Source of the DNA: Octopus vulgaris
Lineage: Eukaryota
Assembly: GCA_951406725.2 (NCBI GenBank)
Contig: OX597829.1
Span: 11,656,001 to 11,720,000 of the forward strand
Length of the DNA: 64,000 nucleotides
Direction of reading: 5' to 3'
A program made the position numbers and the translations under genes. This document shows positions 12,466-25,385 of the stretch, in pieces; within the stretch, counting starts at the first letter, position 1; each line of letters starts with the position of its first letter. The notes beneath the pieces were generated by a model. That model was not told the DNA's origin. It saw only the letters and a program-made list of their open reading frames with translations, and made no database searches.

Positions 12466-13534
12466 CCTATCTGAACTAGGAGTATCTTGCATACATCGCA
12501 CAACCCGTACGTTTACATATTTTAAATAATAATATTGTGACCATTCCTAAATGTTTCATATTCTAATTCTTTATAACAAAATAAGAATAAATATACCATA
12601 CTAACTTTTAATTCAACATGCATAGATAACTAAAAAAAACTTCATTGCATATTTAGAATTAAACTCTCTCTCTCTCTCTTTTTTTTGATAATCTCCTATA
12701 TTAAATAGTATAAATTCTATGTCCCTAAAGAAACTACTCTGTTCATCTTGATTACCTCACTTCCATTTCTTAATATATCATTAACCCATTATGTCTAACA
12801 GATTCTTTAATTTAATTCATTAATAACAATTCACTATCTACTAAATCTGAGAAATTTACTCTTCTTGATTACTTCTTTTCATAAAAATAAATCACCTTTT
12901 ACTAAACCTAAGAAAATTATTCCTCTTGATTACTCCTATTCCATTTTTTCTAATATATATAATTGACCCCTAATATTTTCACTTTATTACTAAGACTTTT
13001 GTCCGCAGTTATTGAGTATTATGCCTACTCATAATAAATAATAGATTTTTCTCCAAAATTAATAAATATTAGATTTATAATTTCTCCTTTAATCCAATGT
13101 ATCAAAATAATCAACACCTACTAGCTAAGTATAAATCTGATGTATATAAGTATAAAGGAATCTCTGTAATCTCTTTAACTTTTTTAGCTGATCATTATAA
13201 CCATTTGACATTGACCTAGTTTTCTTGATACTAAATCTGTTTGCCAAATAGTAGTAAACAGCTTCTAGGGCATTATACCCCCCCTCTACTTTAATTTCTT
13301 AATGAATAACTTCTGACATTTAATTCACCCCTATTTCTATAAATAGAAAATCTCTTTTGTTTCCTCCCAACCTTCTAGTAGTTCAAAATAACTTAAAGAA
13401 TATTCTTCAGTCATAAGATAAGCTCTACTACCTTAATGTTCTTAAAATTCAAATCAACATCTTTGTCTATATATCTACCTTCTCTATAATGTTATCAATT
13501 AATATGAAAATTATGTATTAATAGAAAACCTCTG

Positions 13535-13752
13535 TAAATGGCTGATGATTGCTCAACATTTTAAAACTGTTGTAATACTTGCAATATTTAATAAAATGAT
13601 GTAGCGTGAAACGATCGTACCAAATTACCGGAGATATTCTTGTTGCTTATTTTGATTATAATCACCCCATGGATTTATATGGATAACACCATACAAAATT
13701 CTAGCGCTTCTAATTTAAGTACCATAGTCATTTGAATCTAAATTTCACTGAA

Positions 13753-13753
<1 letters not shown>
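13535..13753 (+). mobile_element. Repeat family B 3' end
   Basis: Homologous to 9367-9614; contains AATAAA and ends in (TA)n. Confidence 0.65.
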
Positions 13754-13817
<64 letters not shown>

Positions 13818-14258
13818 GTATATTTGGATATAGGGTTATTGTTTTTTATATATTAAGTAATACGTGTATCATGTTTAGTATATTAATATTAATATTAATA
13901 TTAATATTAATATTTTTAAAGTTCCTTGTAACCTCTGACAAGGCTTATGGTTTTTTAATATATAAGTTTTATATTTTTTAAATACTTACAGCCTTAGTAT
14001 GTTGACATCTATAGGCAATGAAAATTAAATTTACTTTTGACCATAGGCTGAAACAGCTATAAGAAGTAATTTTTAGGATTTCATTAATTTATACTAAGAC
14101 TTTTAAAATCTGTATTTGCATTATTATCTTATCTATTGATTTATATAATATTTTTGTATGCTTTTGATGTTCTCATTTGTAAAATGAATAATCCAACATT
14201 ATAACATCCAAAAGTTGATGAACAAACCAAATTTGTTTCTCCATTTTCTTATTTGTAT

Positions 14259-14313
<55 letters not shown>

Positions 14314-14317
<4 letters not shown>

Positions 14318-14620
14318 CGCTATGGCCCAGTGGCTAGGGCAGCAGACTCACGGTCAGTGGATCGCGGTTTCAATTCCTAGACCGGGCATTGTGTGTGTTT
14401 ATTGAGCGAAAACACCTAAAAGCTCAACGAGGCTCCGGCAGGGGTTGGTGGTGACCCCTGTTGTACTCTTTTGCCACAACTTTTTCTCTCACTTTCACTT
14501 CCTGTTTCTTGAGTAACGCTGCGATGGACTGGCGTCCCATCCAGCTGGGGAAACATATACACCACAGAAACCGGGAAACCAGGCCCATGAGCCTAGCTAG
14601 GCTTGAAAAGAGTGACGTTT
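14314..14620 (+). mobile_element. tRNA-derived SINE family 3
   Basis: A box tggcccagtgg, B box ggtttcaattcc, central gcgatggactggcgtcccatccag; related remnants at ~31520-31735 and 59530-59820. Confidence 0.8.
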
Positions 14621-14635
14621 ATCATTTTATATATA

Positions 14636-15250
14636 TTTTTTAGAAATTTCTGTCGACCTTTTTTCGAGTAGCGTGCGTTTTGTGAAAAAAATATATGGTT
14701 AATGGACAATATGTCAAATTTCCGGCATATTTGGCATTAGAATTTTTTTCCTTTGTCCTCATTTATGAATTGTTTATAAATTTAACCTTTAAAGGTATTT
14801 TTTGATATGCTGGCCATTGATAAAATTTTTTTCGAAAGAAATTTTATCCTCATTAGATATAAATTTAAGCGTTCACTTCCGGACTATCTCACTCTGTGAG
14901 AGCCTCAGTTCAAATCGCACATGTCTTGAATGGGCTGGAGTATTTCTATTTTGGATGTGTTTGGGGTACTTAGTTGTGCTCATGACTTAGTGTTTGCTTC
15001 TTCCATGGGTGCGAGTAAGTATCTCATTTATTTCTTCTGCCACATGTATCGCTGACGAAGAGAGGGCTCTTAGTAGCTAACTCTGAAATCGGTCCGATAT
15101 GGTAATAATGGAATTTTTTAGAAATTTCTGTCGACCTTTTTTCGAGTAGCGTGCGTTTTGTGAAAAAATTATATGGTTAATGGACAATATGTCCAATTTT
15201 TCGGCATATTTGGCATTAGAAATTTTTTCCTTTGCCCTCATTTATGAATT
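14636..15250 (+). mobile_element. HHR repeat family C: ~478-bp unit with ~135-bp terminal direct repeat
   Basis: 14641 ff. recurs at 15119 ff.; flanked by TA-rich repeats; contains the HHR at 15046-15100. Confidence 0.8.
15046..15100 (+). ncRNA. Minimal type I hammerhead ribozyme
   Basis: gtatcg-CTGACGA-agag..ctct-GAAA-tcg-GTC-cgatat: stem I gtatcg/cgatat, stem II agag/ctct, GUC cleavage triplet. Confidence 0.75.
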
Positions 15251-15279
15251 ATATATATTATATATATATATATATATAT

Positions 15280-16332
15280 GGGATCTTTTCATTTGTGAAG
15301 CCAGTTTTTTCAAATTTTTCCTACTGAACCAAACAATTTGAAACTTCGTATACTGGTAGAATGTGTCAAAAGTAAACTTAATTGTAAACCAGAATGAAAT
15401 GGTATTCCGTCTTTCGGCTTCATATTATTTACTCCGTCTCGACCACCAATTTGGTGACGTAGTAAACATATGGTATGTAAACAAATGTAAACAAAACAAT
15501 AACGATGAAATTTTTTACTCGGTGTATGTGTATATGTATGAATGTATGTATGTATGAATGTATGTATGTATGTGTGTATGTATCTATGTATGCGTGTGTG
15601 TGTGTGTATGTGTGTGTATGTATGTGTGTGTATGTATGTATGTATGTATGGCCGATTCGGTGTTTAGTTTTTTCAAGTGAATACTCGGTGTATGTGTATC
15701 TGTATGTATGTGTGTGCATGTGTGTGTGTGTGTATGTATCTATGTATGTGTGTGTGTGTGTGTATGTGTGTGTGTGTATGTATGTATGTATGTATGTATG
15801 GCCGATTCAGTGTTTAGTTTTTTCGAGTGAATACTCGGTGTATGTGCATCTGTATGTATGTGTGTGTGTGCATGTATCTATGTATGTATGTGTGTGTATG
15901 TATGTGTGTATGTGTGTGTGTGTATCTATGTGTGTGTGTGTGTGTGTGTCACACATGTATGTATGGCCGATTCAGTGTTTAGTTTTTTCGAGTGAATACT
16001 CGGTGTATGTGTATCTGTATGTATGTGTGTGTGTGTGTGTGTGTATGTATCTATGTATGTTAGCCTCAAATGTGCACAGTTGCCTACGTCACAAAACTGC
16101 TTTGTACGTCACACTAACAGAATGCAGTAACGTATTAAATATGAAAACAAGCAATCTCATTGGTTAAAATTCGCAGTTTTAATCTACGATTAAAGTCATA
16201 AAATAGATTTTCTCAAATAAACTAGTTCCAACCTGTGTCTTGTTTTGAAACACTGTACCAGAATACGAAGTTTCAAATTATTTAGTTAAGTAGAAAGATC
16301 TGGTCTCCTGGCCACACAATTGAAAAGATCCT
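15280..16332. mobile_element. Non-autonomous TIR element (MITE) with internal composite tandem repeats
   Basis: Imperfect ~90-bp TIRs (ggatcttttcatttgtg...tttgaaacttcgtat / atacgaagtttcaaa...cacaattgaaaagatcc), inserted in (TA)n. Confidence 0.8.
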
Positions 16333-16339
16333 ATATATG

Positions 16340-16383
<44 letters not shown>

Positions 16384-16825
16384 CATATGTATACACAGCT
16401 TGTACATATGTGTATGTGTGTATTTGTTAATAAGTGTATCCACATATGTATGTATCAGTGAGACTTTGAGTATGTGTAGGTGAGTGTTTAGATATATAGG
16501 TGTAAATTTTTGTTTGTATGTGTGTGAGCATGTATATGTGAGTATGTGTGTGTACATGCACGTCTATATGTGTGTGTGTGTGGCTGTATATGTGTATATA
16601 CATGGTGTGTGTGTATGTGTGTGCCAGTATATGTATGCCTGGACTGTGCCTGTGATGATTGTAAGAAGAAATATTAGATGTAAGAAACCTATGCGGAGAG
16701 ACTTTCTCCAAAGAGAAAGGTTTGTCCTTCGTTTTATTAAAGTGTTGATTGCATGAGGTTCATTGTGATCAATGTGATATCGTGGAAGACAGACAGATAG
16801 CCAGACTGAAAAAGAAAGAGGAAAA

Positions 16826-16871
<46 letters not shown>

Positions 16872-16929
16872 GAGGAGGGAGGGAAACGGGGATAAAGACA
16901 TAGAAATGTCGATAGAAAATAGACAGACA

Positions 16930-16974
<45 letters not shown>

Positions 16975-17621
16975 TATACATATACATATACATACACACA
17001 TACACACACACACATATATATACATATATGTATACGTATCTATATATATGTATGCATGTGTATGTGTATTCGCACACACGTGTGTGTGTATATATATCGT
17101 CATCATCATTATTGTTTAATGTCTTCCATGCTGGCATATACATACATACACACACACACACACACATACACACACACATATATATATGTGTGTGTGTATG
17201 CATGTATATATATATGTATATATATATATATGGGTAGGTGGCTGTTGTGCCAGAGAGAGCGAGAGGTGGGAAGGTAGAGAAAAGTGTGATGGAGATCTAG
17301 AAACAGGTGGTGGAATGGTAAGTGATAGTGTATAGCACTGAGTTGTGTTTCAGTTCTTGACAGGGAAAATTTCTTTTCCTTTTTCCTTCTTCACCCCCTC
17401 CCCTCCACCTCTTGCCCCACATACATTTTTAAAGAAGTTAGTCTGGAAAACAAAGAAGTGAATTATTCCATTATTTAACTTGATACACCAAATACACTAT
17501 GAATTTCAACTATTTCCAAACAATACATCACTCAACATATATGTTTACATCCCAGCTTCCCAATATGGTTCTTGTAATTTTTGCTATTACTGCTACTATT
17601 ATTATTGTTGTTGTTGTTGCT

Positions 17622-17653
<32 letters not shown>

Positions 17654-18129
17654 TGCTCTTATATTATTGTTTGCCGCTGTTTTTTTTATTTTTTTTGTTG
17701 TCACTATTTTTGTTGCTATGGTGATTGTTATTGATGCTGCTGCTGCTTTTGCTGTTGTTATTGACAGTTAGTTTGTGTTGTTTTTGTTTTAGTTGCTGCT
17801 GCTATTGTCAATGTTGTTGTTGTTGTTTTTAACCCTAGGTTAGCCTATGACTGGATAGACAAACCTATAGTGAATGGCAATCCTATCCTCAACCATTCCA
17901 TCAATTTTAAGGCATAATATAACCTGGACTATAATTTCCCACTGTGCCCCCACCTTTTTTTTTTGCAACCTGTTTTCATGATACAAAGGTGTGGTTTGAG
18001 AAAAATTTGGCTGATATTTCTAGCAGGTCCACTGAGTAACCAAACCATTTGAAGCCTCTCGCATTAGCTTGCACCAAAGTTAGCCTTCAGTTGGAGAAGA
18101 TATCTACAGAAACTGTCTTCTGCCATGAT

Positions 18130-18490
18130 ATTACCATTTCATTCACACATGCATACATCCATAAGTTGCATCACACACACAAACATCCACAAGTTGTCTC
18201 ACACACACGCACATACACACACTCGTACTTACACATCTACAAGCTGTTACTCACACATCTACAAGCTGTTACATACACACATGCATACACATTACGCACA
18301 CCCATCCACAAGCTGTCACACACACACACTCACACATAACACATCCATAAGTTGCCACTCACACATCCACAAGTTGTCCCTCACACACACATACATACTC
18401 ATACACATTCACTCATCCACAAGTTGTCTCTCACACACACACACACATACACACACACGCACATCCGCATACTGTCACACACACACACAG
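18130..18490. repeat. Degenerate minisatellite catccacaagttgtc + (CA)n
   Basis: Motif recurs about 7 times with variable CA spacers. Confidence 0.8.
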
Positions 18491-18654
18491 AAATTCCTCC
18501 CAAACCTGAACTTATTTTAATGAACAGCAATACAATTTGCTCTAATTACAACCAACCACTGCTACTGCTGCTGCTATTACAACTGTTGTGGTTACTACTA
18601 CTACTACTGCTGCTGTTGCTGCTACAACTACAGCCACCAGTACTTTTACCACTG

Positions 18655-18740
<86 letters not shown>

Positions 18741-18741
<1 letters not shown>

Positions 18742-20955
18742 CAATGTACAAAGCATTCACTGCAGTAATATCACAAAGATTGAACAAGCACCTGGACGAA
18801 AACAACCTGTTTCCAGAAGAGCAGAAAGGATGCCGCAAAGGCTCATATGGCTGTAAAGATTAACAAATGATCAATGAAGCCATAACTGAAGACAGCTGCA
18901 GAAAGAAGAAAAGCCTCAGTATGGCCTGGATCGTCTACCAAAAGGCGTTTGATAGCATTCCCCAGACGTGGACCCTCGAAACACTAGCCATTAACAAGGT
19001 AGCACCAACAATTATAAAAAACATAGGACACTCTATGAATAAATGGCAAACAGTCCTACACCTCCAAACAAAAAAGGGTCTTGTCAAAACCAAAGCCATC
19101 CCTATTAGAAGAGGAATATTCCAGGGAGACACGCTCTCTCCACTCCTTTTCTACTTGGCACTGTCACCTCTATCTGATATGCTAAATAGAACTGGATGCG
19201 GATACAAATGTTACGGCAAAACGATCAGCCACCTTTTATATATGGATGACCTAAAACTATACGCTACAAATGACAAACAGCTGGAAACACTACTAAAGAC
19301 AGTTCATGGATTTACCAAAGAAATAGATATGAAATTTGGATTTAAAAAATGCGCCAAAGCAACCCTGAAAAGAGGAAAACTAGTTAAGAGTAGCAACATC
19401 ACACTAGATAAAATCAATGAAATAAGAGAATTAGACCGAAGCCAAACTTACAAATATTTAGGAATCCATGAACTAGATAAGACACAACACACACAAATGA
19501 AAGAGAAAATAAAAAAAAGAATATTATAGACGAGTTAGATCAATACTAAAAACAGAGCTCAATACTACAAACAAGATAATAGGTATTAACACTTTAGCCA
19601 TCCCAGTTATAAGTTACAGCTACAATAACCTTAACTGGACGCTAAATGAACTAACCAAAATAGATAGGAAAACAAGAAAAATAATGACAGGATCTAGGAT
19701 GCATCACCCAAAACCAGACATAGAAAGGCTATATATACAACGTATAGAAGATGGTAGAGGCCTTATAAAGCTGGAAAACTTATTACAAAATAACCACCAT
19801 AGGACTGCAAAAATATCTACTTCAGAAGCAAGGAAAACTGATACAAATAGCGGCAAAACATGAGCAGAACAAAAAATTGTTCTTGGTATTTAAGGAAGCT
19901 GACAAATACAAACAAGAGATCATACCACCTAACAAAAAAGAAGAAGCAGAAGAAGAAGAAGAAGAAGAAGAAGAAGAAGAAGAAGAAGAAGAAGAAGAAG
20001 AAGAAGAAAAAGAAGAAGAAGAAGAAGAAGAAAACACAACAAAAGCTATAAAGCAAATGAAATCAAAACTAAAACTAGAACAGCAACGTATCATGATAAA
20101 ACGATGGCAAGAAAAGCCCCTTTATGGCAAATACTGGACTAAACTAAATGCAAAAGAAATAGACAAAGAAAAATCCCAGCAATGGTTAAGAAGCTCGGGA
20201 CTCAAAGCAGAGACAGAAGGATTTTTAATTGCAGCACAAGACCAAAGCCTCCTCACCAGAAATTACCAAAAACATATAATATAACAAGTAACTGCAGAAT
20301 ATGTGGAGATGGACAAGAAACAATAAATCATATTATCTCCGGCTGCCCAGTCCTGGCTAAGAAGGAATATATTCACAGACACAACAGAGTTGGGACCTAC
20401 ATACACTGGAAGCTATGCCAACATTATGGAATAACAACAGAAAAAAGATGGTATAGGCACACACCAGAAAAGGTCACAGAAAACGAGAAAGCAACCATAC
20501 TCTGGGATATGCCGATACACACAGATAGAGAAATTAAGGCCAACAGACCAGATATAGTTGTCAGAGATCATGAAGAAAAAAATGCTTTCTAATTGATGTA
20601 TCAATACCGGCAGATGACAACGTTTCTCTAAAAGAAATGGAGAAACTTTCAAAATACAAAGACCTGGAAATAGAGGTAACCAGAATGTGGAATCTAAAAA
20701 CAGAAACAATCCCTATCATAGTAGGTGCATTAGGCATGATAAAAAAAATATTCAGACAAATACATAGCAAAAACACCAGGACTTACAAACACATATAACA
20801 TACAGAAAATTGCACTACTAGGCACTGCACACATCCTACGCAGAACACTTTCAATACAGTAACTATAAGAGTATCACAACAAAGCACAGCACCTACCTAA
20901 GGCACACAGAGCTGTGCTCGGTAGTGAAGTGAAAGCACGATATAAAATAAAACTA

Positions 20956-20960
<5 letters not shown>
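18741..20960 (+). mobile_element. R4/Dong-clade non-LTR retrotransposon (RT, CCHC, restriction-like endonuclease), 5'-truncated and frameshifted
   Basis: EQKGCR, QKAFDSIP, GIFQGDTLSPLLF, HLLYMDDLKL, CRICGDGQETINHIISGC, RPDIVV; (AAT)n on both flanks. Confidence 0.92.
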
Positions 20961-21053
<93 letters not shown>

Positions 21054-21189
21054 CGACGACGACGACGACGACGACGATGATGATGGCGATGGTGATGGTG
21101 ATGGTGATGGTGATGGTGGTGGTGATGGTGATGATGATGGTGATGGTGATGGTGATGATGATGATGATGGTAATAATAATAATAATAAT

Positions 21190-21732
21190 AAATGCCCTAA
21201 TGCAGTACCAGACAGTGGCTCTCATGGTTTCTGATAATAACTGATTGGAAGTGTTATCATGTACATTGTTTTATCTTGGTATAAAAGATGGGCTACAGCA
21301 AATATTCTGCTCAATACCACAGATTTGCTTGTCAGTTGTTTGATCTTAACCAGTTGAGCATGTTACTTAGTGGCTGACAATATGTGCATCTCTGATCACA
21401 AGCAGAAGTAGTGAGGGTAGCATCATGTGTTGAGAGGGATTCGTTGGAGTTTGAATAATTCACCTCTGGAAACATGGGTGTTTCGTTCAACATCTTTAAA
21501 CAATCCTTTTGAGCGGGATGGGTTACTCAACCAGAAGAAAATTCTAACTGGGCCCCACCTGCAAGGTCATGCACTGTTTATCTTGATATGAGATCACCAT
21601 GTCGCGCACATACGCTTGTGATGCATGTGCCTGGTGTACCCTTATCAGACGGGTAGTCTTGATGGGTATACTGGGCTTCGTATATTTTACCTCAGTGTCA
21701 CTTTGATGGCATGAACTGCTCTCTCACTCAAT
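21190..21732 (+). mobile_element. ~540-bp dispersed element flanked by (AAT)n on both sides
   Basis: Its 3' ~170 bp recur inverted at ~29780-29942, also ending in (AAT)n. Confidence 0.7.
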
Positions 21733-21744
21733 AATAATAATAAT

Positions 21745-21788
<44 letters not shown>

Positions 21789-21809
21789 TAATAATAATGG
21801 TGATGATTT

Positions 21810-22222
21810 CATTTATTTGCCCCAAGGGCAAATGATGAGGGGAACAATGCAAAGGCAGACATAAAGAGTGTGGATTTATATATAATAATGAAATGATAAA
21901 GGAAAAAGGTAAGTATACACGGTATACACTGAAAAAGAAGAAGGGACATATGCATCGAGGATGATGATAGAGATATGTCCCTCCTGATACAGGAACGCCT
22001 CTAGGAATGATCGAGAAACCTGAGATTTCTCTGAAACACCAAGAACAAGTGCCCTTGCCAATTCCTTGTCTCCGACTCTCAGGCCTACGCTTAGAGAGGT
22101 ACCATCAACTCTTGCCATTTTCGCACCTTTCTCCCACTTTTCAATAAACTCATTCCACGACAGCATTTCTCTCTCCATTCGCAATTTCTTTTTCGAGGGA
22201 AACTTGAAAAAGTCAATGAGAA
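21810..22222 (-). mobile_element. Probable L1/Tx1-like LINE 3' fragment
   Basis: Minus strand LIDFFKFPSKKKLRMEREMLSWNEFIEKW resembles an ORF2 C-terminus; a similar 3' end recurs at ~28660-28740. Confidence 0.45.
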
Positions 22223-22235
22223 ATGATAATAATAA

Positions 22236-22481
22236 TCCTTTCTACTATAGGCCTGAAATTTTGGGGTGAAGGGGATAAGTCGATTACATTGACCCCAGTG
22301 CATAACTGGTACTTATTTCATCAACCCCGAAAGGACAAAAAGCAAAGTCAACCTAGTCGGAATTTGAACTTAGAACATGAAGACAGATAAAATTCACTTA
22401 GCATTTTGCCCAATATGCTAATGATGATGATGACAATAATAATAATAAGAATAATAATAATAATAATGATGATAATAATAA

Positions 22482-22512
<31 letters not shown>

Positions 22513-22732
22513 AATAATCCTTTCTCATTTCTTTACTGCCCACAAAGGGCTACACATGGATTAAGTCAATTAAGTCAACGCCAGTGTGTAACTGGTACTT
22601 ATTTAATTGACCCCAAAAGGATGAAAGACAAAGTCAACCTTGGCGGAATTCGAACTCATAACGTAATGGCAGACAAAATAGCACTAAGCATTTCACCCTG
22701 TGTGCTAATGTTTCTGCTAGCTCGCCGCCTTA
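22236..22732 (-). mobile_element. Two SINE family 2 copies separated by (AAT)n
   Basis: actggtacttattt..gacccc.aaagga..aaa.gcaaagtcaacct motif twice; matches 29296-29530. Confidence 0.8.
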
Positions 22733-23344
22733 TAATGATCCTTTCTACTGAAGGTACGAGGCCTGAAATTTGAGGGGAGGGTGACAAGTCAATTATATCA
22801 ACCACAGTGTTTCATTTAAGACCAGATTTAAACCATGGGTGGGGGAGGCACTTCAAGTTTGGTGGGCCCCTTATACACTAAAATTTAAATCTTAAAAAAT
22901 TACCAAATTTAAATCTCAAAACCCTGAGAATTTAAATAAATGACTGAAAATGTCACTTTTAGGTACACTTTTCATAATTCAAATTTCGTTTTTCACACAT
23001 CCACTTGCAGTATTTGACGTTTCTTTTATTGTGAAAAATACAAAGAAGTGGGGAAGAACAGGTAAGATTTTTTTTTTTCTTAATATGAGTTACAAATGTT
23101 TCAGAATAAGATAACATGAAATAAAATTATGAAAAAGAAAAATATATCATTTCAGTGGTTGTTGTTACAATGGTATGATGAGTATGTTTGTGTGAGGGGA
23201 GAGACAAATATTGAAAAGACATGGATTTTAAAAAATTTTGTTTTAAAAAGGCTTCCCTTCATTGTTTTGCAATGCATGAAAAAAAGGGAAAATGCTGACA
23301 AACTTTGCAAAATTCCAACATATATGGGAAATCTATTCCAAAAG

Positions 23345-23857
23345 AATTCCGTTTCTCCAGCAGATGACAACATATGAGCTCTGGTCTTCTCATAGTTCTT
23401 TGCAATAGCAAGAACTAGTTCTTCTGAAATGCCATATGCTTGTAGGATATTTTGTAACAATGGGTGCTATCAAACCCATTGCTGAAGTCTATGAAGATTA
23501 TAATGGCAGGTAGCTGCCTTGATTTAACTCCTTTGATATGCCTCAGGGCTAAATTTTCCCCAGTCTAAATCCATTTAAATTTGTTCTTAGATGGCTATCA
23601 ATCACCTGTTGAATCCTGTTAAGGATCATTCAGTTGATGACTTTGAGAGAGATATTAGACAGTGGATTTCCTCTGTAGTTAGTTTCATTGCTGAGGTTTC
23701 CTGACTTTGGGATGGATATCAAAATCTCAGACCACTGATCTGGACTTTTTTGGTTCTGCAAGAGTTTATTCGCAAAATCCAATATTATTTCATCCAGATT
23801 GCACGTCTTGATAACTTCAGGGGGAATTTCATCAGGGCCAGCAGCTCTTCCAGTCAA
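23345..23857 (-). mobile_element. RTE LINE remnant, N-terminal RT segment (inverted part)
   Basis: RAAGPDEIPPEVIK, IPKSGNLSNETNYRG, LQAYGISEELV, GETEFF. Confidence 0.8.
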
Positions 23858-24540
23858 TTTTTGGCACTCTGAATTCTTTCAAAACTAGCTGGGGTGTTAT
23901 ATGGAGATACAGTGACGAAGATCTTGATTTCATCATATACCAGCAATAATCATGGGAAGTGCTAGCAGTAACCATCACAGACCTGGACTTCATAGATGAT
24001 ACACCATTCTTATTAAATAGATCACTCATAGCTAATAGATCAAGCTCAACAGCTGCTCAGCAGAGTAGAAGCATCAGCTGTCAAAGTTGGACTGCACACA
24101 AATGTCAAGAAAACTGAATACATGTCCTTCAAACAATCAAGTGACGCTGACCTGTTTGTTTTGAATTGTTCCAAATTGAATGTTGCTGAAGACTTTAGGT
24201 GGTTAGGTGAGCAGTTTGGGAGCAGACATCAAGATTGGGAAGGCACAAGTATGGACAGCCTGTCACAAACTAAAGAAAGTCTGGAACATGAAATTGGCCA
24301 GGCAAATCAAAATGAAGCTGTTCATTGCAACTGTTGAATCAGTGCTGTTAAATGGCAATGAAATATGGACGCTGACAAAGAAATGATCAAATGGGCTAAA
24401 TTGATGCTACACAAGGATGCTACAAATGGCTGTAAATGTGAAATGGCAGCAATATATGACAAAGGAAATGCCTTTACGGAGACCTGCCAAAGGTTAGCGA
24501 GAAGATCACACAGAGAAGGCCTACAACTATCTGATTAATG
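23858..24540 (+). mobile_element. RTE LINE remnant, C-terminal RT segment
   Basis: LAGVLYGDT, ITDLDFIDD, KVGLHTNVKKTEYM, ACHKLKKVW, LFIATVESVLLNGNEIWTLTK. Confidence 0.75.
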
Positions 24541-25084
24541 TGTATGTGATTCTAAGCTGGGAGCATCCAAGTCAGCCTCGTGGAACCCACTTCATGGTTA
24601 TGTAAGCAGAAGAAAACATTGTCACACATCAACAGTGATGATCGACTGAGAAGTGTAGCAGGTAGACTTTGTGGCCATAATAATAAATGATATTCTGAAA
24701 GTCTGTTTTTCCTGTTTCCAGTAAGGTGTCGGGGCACAATAAATAAAATTTACTGCATTTTTTGACTTTGATAAAAAAATATTTTTATAAATGTTCAATA
24801 TCTAACAAAAACTACATCAGTTAAGCAAACGACCTTCTCTAAATGCATCAAAAACCACTAAAACATATTCAGGACACTATTTCAGAAAATTACTTCTGTT
24901 CTTTTTGAGCATATAAAAGACAAATTTAGAGGAGTCAAAATGAGCAAGAAAAGCTATGAATTACATTTGAAAAAAACTTATAGACATCAATATCTAAGTC
25001 AAATGAAAGGGAATCATGGAAAAATGGCATAATATGAAATTGACAAAACTTGACTAAATCAAAAACAATCAACATAAAATATTC

Positions 25085-25385
25085 TACATTATTTTCATTA
25101 TTTACATTAGACAGATATTTGTCCTCATCTTGTTTGTTGTTAACACAATGTTTCAGCTGATATACACTCCAGCCTTCATCAGGTGTTTTGGGAAAATTTC
25201 GAACTTGGGTTCTCAGGTTCGAAATTCTTAGGAATGAAAACCCAGATTCAAAATTTCCCCAAGACACTGGAGGGTATATCAGCCAAAACGTAGTGTTAAC
25301 AACAAACAAGATGAGGACAAATATCCATCAAATGTAAATAATGTAAATACTGTACATAATTCCTCATCTCTTAAATATAGAACAA
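25085..25385. mobile_element. Family A element as head-to-head inverted pair
   Basis: Left arm (minus) has an HHR with intact CTGATGA and GAAAC at 25142-25187; right arm (plus) has the core deleted. Confidence 0.8.

Noticed and set aside
13542-13580. CTGATGA as a hammerhead in family B
   Set aside because: Could not form convincing stems I/II or find an intact GAAA
15640-16020. Constant block with variable spacers resembling a CRISPR array
   Set aside because: Spacers are microsatellites, the context is eukaryotic, there are no cas genes, and it lies within a TIR element
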